A stretch of 64,000 nt of DNA from Eledone cirrhosa. Its lineage: Eukaryota. Numbering within the stretch: position 1 is the stretch's first letter; the number at the start of each line of letters is the position of its first letter. The notes below the pieces were generated by a model. That model had not been told where the DNA came from, did not search any database, and worked only from the letters and a program-made list of their open reading frames with translations. The position numbers and the translations under genes are program-made. The DNA lies in contig OZ024741.1 of NCBI GenBank assembly GCA_964016885.1, positions 14,880,001-14,944,000 of the forward strand, written 5' to 3'. This document shows positions 55,207 to 64,000 of the stretch, one piece after another.

Positions 55207-56102
55207 TACACATATATATATGCTTTTGTGAGTGTCTTGTTACAGTGTGTGTATGTGCCTCTGTTTTGTGCGTGTGTTTATATGTGTACTGACCGATGTA
55301 TGAAAGTTGCTATTGATAAACCATTTATTGCGGTCACTGACCGGTTGAAATACAACCCAAACATTCCTCCGCCATTTGGACCTTCCGGTTCGAACACACT
55401 TCATTAGTGTTCAGGACAAGAAATCTGCTGATCCTCGTATTGGACAAAGGAAATAATATTTCCATATTTATTTTCATTGCTGATACCATCAGCTGGTGGC
55501 AACTCTTGGCAGTGAAATAAAGTACCGTTGTACTTTGGGTTAAAGAAAATACAGCAACATCAGATAATTATGATTTTATTCAACATATTCATCTCTCAGA
55601 TTCACACACTTATTGCACCTCCCCTGTAAAGCTCAACCCTTTCGCGAAACTCTTAAAGCCAGGAACTTTTCAGCACCCCGGTAGTTTGCTGAAGAACATA
55701 TTACACCAACCATTCTATGAATCAAACCTATAACCTTATGTTAGAAGGACCAACACCATACCCACCTCGTACTTACCAACGTTCTATCATTCTAAATCTT
55801 TCTCAAATATACCTTCAAGTCCCTGTCCTACTATCTCTTCCATATAACACGATCCACTTTTCTCCTGGATAATTGCAACGACTAACTATCTACAATTTCT
55901 TGTCAGTCTCGACTGTGTACGAATCCTTTGTGCATTGAGGTCCAGAAAATAGTTTTCTCACGTTTCCAGAGGAGCTTTCTCCGAAATATCGGAAAACCTT
56001 TTTTCCAACGAGTCTAAGAATCTTTCATTTTTACAAACATATGACGTCTTCGTTTACAATTAGTTTGTTATTGGGTAAGGTTGTAAGAAAATGTTATATA
56101 TA

Positions 56103-56134
<32 letters not shown>

Positions 56135-56140
56135 AGTTTA

Positions 56141-56253
56141 TCCCGGGTTCAATCGGGGGTAACCACAGTAAGTAAGGTACTCAATACAAAGCAGAGTATA
56201 AATATTTAATGTAGAAAGGCTTCTACAGGACTAAACAGTTTCATTCCGGAGAA

Positions 56254-56258
<5 letters not shown>
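56141..56258 (-). mobile_element. Family B copy truncated inside the hammerhead core
   Basis: TCCCGGGTTCAATCGGGGGTAACCACAG...CTTCTACAGGACTAAACAGTTTCATTCC..GAAATCAT, then (TA)n. Confidence 0.6.
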
Positions 56259-56303
<45 letters not shown>

Positions 56304-56336
56304 GAAAATTGCCAACTTGACTGTCACCACTGAATA

Positions 56337-56375
56337 TGAACCTGAAGATTGCGAAAGCATGAAAGTACTTGTTCA
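56337..56375 (+). ncRNA. Minimal type I hammerhead ribozyme (intact core)
   Basis: TGAAC | CTGAAGA | T TGC GAAA GCA T | GAAA | GTAC | TT | GTTCA. 5-bp stem I, GNRA-capped stem II, palindromic stem III. Confidence 0.75.
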
Positions 56376-57704
56376 ATTAACACTTAACATTTAATATTCT
56401 ACCATACTATTTCATTATAATATCATTATAATTTTAAAGGATTGTAAATAAAACGAGTAAATCAAAGTTGGAATTCCTTTTATTAATATAATCTTCTATA
56501 CACAATCATACACACCCGTAAATATTTGTTTATATATATATATGTATACATGTGTGCGTGTGATGGGGGGGGGGGGTTACTAATAGACGTATGTAATAAA
56601 TAAATGTCTTTAGTAAAAACCTAGCTTGCTTGACTGAACAATTTAAATAGCCCTGGTTAAACGATGGAGAAAAACTGAAGAACATCTCGACGAGTTTCAC
56701 TATTTCTACAAGCTCACCAATCGTTTCTAATTCTTTTACATATAAAGAAGGGAGTAAATTCTTGCTAAGAATCCCTTTCTTTGAAATTTAGAATAGAATT
56801 ACGTCTCGACATTCAAAATAGTCACCCTCTCCTTGTATTTGTATATTTTCACATACACACACATTCATACATACATACATGCAAACATACATACATACAC
56901 ACACACATACACATATATATATATATATATACATTTATGTGCATATATATGCGTTTACGTATACACATACATACACACACAGACACACATATATATATCT
57001 ATATGTGTGTCTGTGTGTCTGTGTGAGTGTATATACATACATACATACATACATATACACGTGCATACACACACACATACACATATATATATATATATAT
57101 ATGTGTGTGATATTTACCTCCATATATACTGTAGAAAGTGAAATATCTGGCATCATGTTCAACATATGTAGGTAATCCATACTGTATGTATTCGAACATA
57201 TCCCCGTCCCTAACACCAATGAAACTTTAGTAGCTGCTTCTTATAGAATAACAAACACAACTTTTATGTTAACAATCAGCGTCCTCTGGTGGCACCTTAC
57301 AATGACCTTCTGCAAGTGATTTCCACCACCCCAACCTAACCATACACAAATATGTTTAACATCAATGGCAGCTTATAACATCTTCAATACGAACCTACCA
57401 TGGATCTTTTTACTAAATGATTCTGTTTATATATGTGTGTTTATCTGGTTTATCTGGCTTATCTGGTTTATCTGTCTGGATGTGTAGATATTTGTTGCCA
57501 ATTCACACCTTTGTGGACCCAACATTGTCGAATGGGCAGGAGTTCGTTTCGTGGTATGTTGGGCTTAATCCCACTGCTTGGTATACTGGGCAAGTCTCAT
57601 TTAAAATAGCCTCATGGCTAGCCAAGTGCTGTGAATGAAATTTGGTAGATAGGAACTAGTTTGATGCCCATCGGTTCGACTTTACCTGTATTTCAAAAGA
57701 TAAT

Positions 57705-58300
57705 TTATTTTATCAACTCCTTAAGAATGAAAGGCAAAGCTAACTTTGGCGGGATTTGAAATCAGAACATAAAGGGATTTTAATTCTATGCCACGAAGCA
57801 TGGTGTCCGACACTCTACCGACACTGCCAATCCATCGCCAATCTAATAATAATAATGGTTTCTGATTTAGACCCAAGGCCAGCAATTTTGGTGGAGGAGA
57901 AAGTCAATTAAATAGACCCCAATGCAAAACTGGTACTTATTTTATCGACCCCAATGCAAAACTGGTACTTTATTTTATCGACCCTGTAAGGATGAAAGAC
58001 AGCTAACCTCGGCGAGATTTGAACTCAGAATGTATAGCACCGTGACTCTATACTGCAAAATATATTGTCTGACGCTCTACCGATACTGCCAATCTAATAA
58101 TAATAATAGTAATACATATTTTTTCATAAATTGTCCAGGAATTTGGGAGGAAAGCACAATCGATTAAATCTCTCTCAATATGTTATTTTGACACCTGACC
58201 GATGAAAACCAAAGTTGGATTTGAGAGCAAAACGTAGAAAGTCGAAAGAAAGATTGTAAAACAGATTTCCGATAATTTATCAATTCTGACAAACCCATTA
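57705..58300 (-). mobile_element. Tandem octopus-type SINE copies (two clear, one degenerate)
   Basis: 57705-57839, 57856-58093 (with an internal ~30-bp duplication) and a weak copy at 58130-58300. Confidence 0.8.
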
Positions 58301-58468
58301 CTTTCTCCAGCGAGGAAAATAATAACAATACATGTATTTCTATGTATGTAGTATATTAAAAGATGTATTACAAGTGTATATAAAGAACATTAAAAATGTA
58401 TATTATTCTCACTGAAACTGGTTTTCATTTTCTTTATGAATATATATATATATAATAGATATATGTCT

Positions 58469-58507
<39 letters not shown>

Positions 58508-58510
58508 CAT

Positions 58511-58570
<60 letters not shown>

Positions 58571-59475
58571 ATAATATATGTAGTAATAAACACAATAAAT
58601 TGTGTATCGTTTGCTTCAGGTTAAATTTGTCAAGCCAATGCGGTACTTCAACCCTGTGTTTATTATTACGTATATTATCATATAATGCTCAGTATTTATA
58701 CTTTGAGGTTGTTAATTACAGGGTATTAATATGAATTATTAACTCTGCCTTTTATTTGTATATATATATACAAATTGTCCGTAAAAAACGTAAATAAAGA
58801 ATTGATCGATCACTTATTTTGCTTGTTGAATGTTTAGTGGGGGAACGGTTGGTGTACTAAATATCCGAGATTATAACTTCTGTTATAAATATATCTACTA
58901 CTAACATTAACTACTATAACCAACTTTGTTAACCAACTAAAGTCACCAAAAATAGTAAATATTATTACATCTAATATTAAGTAATATAGCCAGTAATACT
59001 AACTACTCGAGCTATGAATACTACCTAGTATAACTACTAATATTATCTATTGCTTTAGGAATAATTGCTAGTAGAGTTAGGACTGGATTAAGGCATTAGG
59101 GGGCCCGGAGCACTTCAGGTTTGGGGGACCTCTCATATACAAAAAAGAAATTAGAATACACAGCACTCCGCCACCATAATTTTACATATCAGTGTTAGTT
59201 TGGCGCAAGTAATTGGAAGTGAAAAGTTATACATACAGGTATTAAATTAAACAATTCTAACCATCCTAAAACAAAAAAAGCCCAGTAGAGGGCACAAATA
59301 AATTGTTTTGTTTTGATAAACTTCATTGAGGACTTGCTAGCTTCAGTAATTGATGGTATATATTACTGTGGCAATTCAGTTATCGCTGCTTATTCCAATT
59401 GGAATATCATGAGGCTTACATATATTAGATATAGAAAATGGTGTGTTTGTAGCATATTTAGTTATTAACAACAGA

Positions 59476-59740
59476 GGTGCGTGACCCAATGGTAAAGGTT
59501 TGGGAGTTACGATCATAATGTCGTCGTGGGTTCGATTCCTGGGCTGAGTTGTGTTGTGTTCTTGAGCAAAACACTTCATTTCACATTGCCCGAGTATACT
59601 CAGCTGAAAACCAGTACCAGGAATAACTGGGGGGGGGGGGTAACCCTGTGATGGACTGGCATCCTGTCCAGGTGGGAGTCTTGTACTTGTTGTCGTTTCA
59701 CGCCACGGAAACCGGGATAAGCACCGACTTGATGAACTTC
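59476..59740 (+). mobile_element. Second-family tRNA-derived SINE (conserved-core type)
   Basis: B-box GGTTCGATTCC, TTCTTGAGCAAAACACTT, AACCCTGTGATGGACTGGCATCC..., GGAAACCGGGATAAGC. Confidence 0.75.
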
Positions 59741-60025
59741 CGAGTTTTATGACAACAGAGGTGTGGCGTGGAATGTGGTGGAGGTTAATATTGCAATGTT
59801 CTATTATATAACTTGACTTCTCATCAATAGATAGAAGGATTGCTATTTGACACTATGAGAATGACTGTAATACAGTATCCGATTGGCCAGATACACTATT
59901 CTTACATTGAAGTCAAGGAAACTCTAAGATAACATAGTTTCCTTCCTGTGAAGGGGAGGGGTTTATACCACTATTGAATCCTTGTGTGCCTTTAGCAGAG
60001 TCCATTCAGTTACCAGGTTTAACAC

Positions 60026-60220
60026 CACCACCTGATCCTTGGATTATTTCAGTAGAGCCCATTCTAGTGACTTAACTCATCACCACCTGATCCTTGGGTT
60101 ATCTCAGTAGAGCCCATTCTAGTGACTTAACTCATCACCACCTGATCCTTGGGTTATCTCAGTAGAGCCCATTCTAGTGACTTAACTCACCACCAGCTTT
60201 AACACCACCACCTGATCCTC
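60026..60220. repeat. 55-bp tandem repeat, 3 copies plus a partial
   Basis: CACCACCTGATCCTTGG.. at 60026, 60081 and 60136. Confidence 0.9.
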
Positions 60221-60917
60221 GGATCACTATCAGAGTCTACTTTGTTGATTTACTTCATTGCCGAGTTTAACAGCAACACCTAGCTTTCGAGTGACTTTAC
60301 CAGAGTCCACTCTGTTGCAAGTATTTGGACCAAGTCTCCGGCTTTATGGTACCCAATGCCATCCAAGAAGATAGATATCTTTGGTTGACCGTTTTAATAT
60401 GTCAACCGAATCAAAATCAGCTCTTAGCCTTTTGGCAGCTTTAACAGAATTCCATCTGTTGCAAGTATCCAGGTACTTGGTTGGAAGAGGCCGGTGGCCC
60501 AGATAGTAGTTAAAGGCCCTGTCCTTGCCCCCAATCTTAAACAGTAAAAAAAAGACATAACCACAGCAAACCACGACTCATCCTGGTATTGAGTACGTCA
60601 ACCAAGTTATATTGGTAGTGGAACTAAAACTTCATAGTTTCACTGAACACCAGAATTAGAAGTAGTTGTCGTAGTCGTCGTCAAACGATTGACTTGAAGA
60701 AGACAATGTGAGGACATTACACAGTAGTGCCCGGATTGTTGAGAATGACATCGGCATCATCATCATCATCATCATCGTTATTATCATCAACAGCAGTATT
60801 ATCATCATCATCGTCATCAGTGCCATCATTATTATAGACAAGATTAACGTCTTCATCATCGTCATCATCATCAATATCATCATGATCAACACCCTCTTCC
60901 TACTCCTACTCCTCCTC

Positions 60918-60948
<31 letters not shown>

Positions 60949-61208
60949 CAATTATAAGGGTTGTAGGGGTGGAGGTGGTGGATGTGTGATAATGGTCATA
61001 GGGGCGATAGTTGTAGTAGTGTTATTGTCTTTAGTGTGGTGGCGGTGTGGGGGGGGGGGGTAGTTGTGGTAGTGGTGGTGTTGTCTTTAGTATGGCGGGG
61101 GATATGAGTGGTGATGGTGGTGGTGGTGGTGGTGTTATTGTCTTTAGTGTAGTGGCGGGGGTTAAAAGTGGTGACGGTGGTGGTGGTGGTGGTGGTGTTG
61201 GTGGTGGA

Positions 61209-61437
61209 GATACCACTAGTTTTGTCGTTGGTGGTGGTGTGGTGTTGGTGGTGGGGATACCACTAGTTTTGTCGTTGGTGGTGGTGTGGTGTTGGTGGTG
61301 GGGATACCACTAGTTTTGTCGTTGGTGGTGGTGTGGTGTTGGTGGTGGGGATACCACTAGTTTTGTCGTTGGTGGTGGTGTGGTGTTGGTGGTGGGGATA
61401 CCACTAGTTTTGTCGTTGGTGGTGGTGTGGTGTTGGT
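61209..61437. repeat. 47-bp tandem repeat, ~5 copies, with an inverted unit at ~61795-61830
   Basis: GATACCACTAGTTTTGTCGTTGGTGGTGGTGTGGTGTTGGTGGTGGG units. Confidence 0.9.
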
Positions 61438-62569
61438 AGATCTTATTCAGCGTCCAATTAGCTCTCCATCCACTTACATCAAACAGCCTTCTTGCCGCCA
61501 TCTTCCCACGTTTATCTCCCTCCCCTTTACACACACACAAACACACCCACACAAGCACACACACACACACCTTTCCACACACATATATACTTTAGCGTAC
61601 ATACTACTACTACTACTACTACTACTATTACTACTACTACTACAAGCTCCACAGCTGTTACTACCACCACTGACAACTAACACCACAACTACTAATACCA
61701 CCACCCTTACCATCACCAACACAATAACAACACATTCAACGCCGATACTACCTATAACCCCACCACCAACACCATCATCACAATGACCACCCCACCACCA
61801 CCAACGACAAAACTAGTGCTATCCCCACCACCAATACCATCACCTCTATCACCTCTGCTACCACCACACCACTACCACCAAAGCCGAAACTACTTATATC
61901 CCACCAATACCATCACTACCACCACCATTACCACCATCACAACCACCACCACAAATACCATCACTACCACTACCATTACCACCACTACCAACACCAGTAG
62001 CACCACCACCACCACCACTAATACCATCACTACTGTTTCTCATTTGGTGATTTTCTCGATGTCGTTGTCAGCCATTTTAAATTGTGATAGTTGTGTTGGT
62101 GAGGGTGGTGGTGTTGTTGGTGTGTTGGTGACTGTGGTGGTGTTGGTGCTTTTGTGAGGGTGGTGGAGGTGGTGATGGTGGTGGGGGTGGGGTGAAGGAG
62201 GCGGTGATGGTGGTGCTTTGGTGAGGGTGGTGGTGGTGGTGGTGGTGCTTTGGTGAGGGTGGTGCTGGTGGTGGTGGTGTTTTGGTGAGGGTGGTGGTGG
62301 TGTTGGTGTGTTGGTGACTGTGGTGGTGTTGGTGTTTTGGTGAGGGTGGTGGTGGTGGTTGAGGTAGTAGAGGTCCGGGGAGAGGTGTAGCTGTTTGATC
62401 TTGTATTGCTTCATGCTTTTCATTAGCAATTATATACTAATATTACAACCCTAACGACCATCATTATCATTGCCGCCACTGCTTCTCTACCCCCCCCTCC
62501 CTCCTTGCTTTCATCATCATCATCGTCGTCATCATCATAATTCCCGTCATTAGCATTATAAATATGTTC

Positions 62570-63475
62570 ATAATCATCATCACCATCACTACCACCACCA
62601 CTACCACCACCACCACCACTATCATCACCACCACCACCAACACAATCACCACCACCACCACTATCATCACCACCACTATCACCACCACCACCACCACTAT
62701 CATCACCACCACTACCACTACCAACACCACAATCACCACTACCACCACCACCATCACCACTATCATCACCACCACCACCATCAACACAATCACCACCACC
62801 ACCACCACTACCAACACCACAATCACCACTACCACCACCACCATCACCACTATCATCACCACCACCACCAACACAATCACCATCACCACCACCACTATCA
62901 TCACCACCACCACCAACACAATCACCATCACCACCACCACTATCATCACCACCACCACCAACACAATCACCATCACCACCACCACTATCATCACCACCAC
63001 CACCAACACAATCACCACCACCACTACCAACACCACAATCACCACCACTACCACCACCATCACCACTATCATCACCACCACCACCAACACAATCACCACC
63101 ACCACTATCATCACCACCACCACCAACACAATCACCACCACTACCACCACCATCACCACTATCATCACCACCACCATCAACACAATCACCACCACCACTA
63201 CCACTACCAACACCACAATCACCACTACCACCACCACAACTATCATCACCACCAACACAATCACCATCACCACTACCACTACCAACACCACTATCATCAC
63301 CACCACCATCACCATCACCACTATCATCACCACCACCACCAACACAATCACCATCACCACTACCACTACCAACACCACTATCATCACCACCACCATCACC
63401 ATCACCACTATCATCACCACCACCATCACCATCACCACTATCATCACCACCACCACCAACACAATCACCAATACT
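62570..63475. repeat. (CAC)n-derived compound minisatellite
   Basis: ACCACCACTATCATC / AACACAATC units. Source of the poly-T/I and poly-V ORFs. Confidence 0.92.
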
Positions 63476-63672
63476 ACGTCTAGCATCATCATCATCTAAG
63501 CAATACTATGGATATCAGAGCCAGTAAGTAGAGTGGTGGAGGTGTGAAGTTGGAGGCTAGTGGTGTGTCTGGTTAAATAGACAAGGACACGTGACTGCTT
63601 CATGTTTTATTGACCTCAGAGGAATTACAGCGGCCAGATTCCTGTACTGGTCATTTAATCTAAGATAATAAT

Positions 63673-64000
63673 GGTTTCTGATTTAGGCACAAGGCCAACG
63701 ATTTGGGGGAGAGGAGAAAGTCAATTAAATCGACACCAGTTCGTTACTGGTACTTTATTTTATCGATCGCATAAGGAAGAAAGGCGAAGTTAACCTCGGC
63801 GGAATTTGAACTCAGACCATAAAGGGGCGTGACTCTATGCTACAAGGCATGACGTCCGACCCTCTGCCGATACTGCCAATCCACCGCCCTTAATAATTGT
63901 TTCTACTTTTGGCACAAGGCCAGCAATTACCCAGTACATTACTGGTACTTTATTTTATCGACCACGTAAGGATGAAAGGCAAAGTTAACCTCGGCGGGAT
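63673..64000 (-). mobile_element. Two tandem octopus-type SINE copies (second runs off the window)
   Basis: Reverse complement of the consensus, 63673-63890 and 63895-64000. Confidence 0.85.

Larger units (their letters stand above)
59079..60545. mobile_element. Possible decayed hAT-like DNA transposon with a nested SINE
   Basis: Left end GGACTGGATTAAGG..GGGGGCCC, right end GGCCC..GCCCCCAATCTTAAACAGT. The TIR match is imperfect. Confidence 0.3.

Noticed and set aside
57215-57420. Possible RLE-LINE C-terminal remnant (VEITCR, EAATKVS on the minus strand)
   Set aside because: Similarity is too fragmentary to call without a search.
60656-60950. Acidic D/E-rich reading frame on the minus strand
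   Set aside because: Derived from (GAT)n with in-frame stops and no splice support.

Overview
Eukaryotic, AT-rich, repeat-saturated window with no convincing host gene exon. The many (TA)n/(CA)n/(GA)n/(GGT)n microsatellites and the dominant tRNA-derived SINE look like an octopus or other cephalopod genome; this is recognition from memory, not a search. Nearly all listed ORFs are microsatellite or satellite artefacts. Real coding remnants are decayed non-LTR retrotransposons: CR1/Jockey-group RT, R4/Dong-like RLE, CRE-like RLE, Tx1/L1-like and RTE-like. There are also several minisatellites, a 4.4-kb purine satellite, two SINE families and small DNA-transposon MITEs. The main hidden structure is at least seven unrelated short non-coding element families (about 20 copies) inserted in or beside (TA)n tracts. 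They share a 'unique tail + fold-back inverted repeat' layout and carry minimal type I hammerhead ribozyme motifs with palindromic stem III. Some ribozymes are intact (42317-42377 and its mirror, 44880-44929, 56337-56375), one family has a compensatory U3-A8 core, and others are decayed. Most tails share a small covarying RCTC...GAGY motif. The best reading is non-autonomous Penelope-like pLTR or retrozyme-type elements. All coordinates were read by eye and may be off by a few bases.
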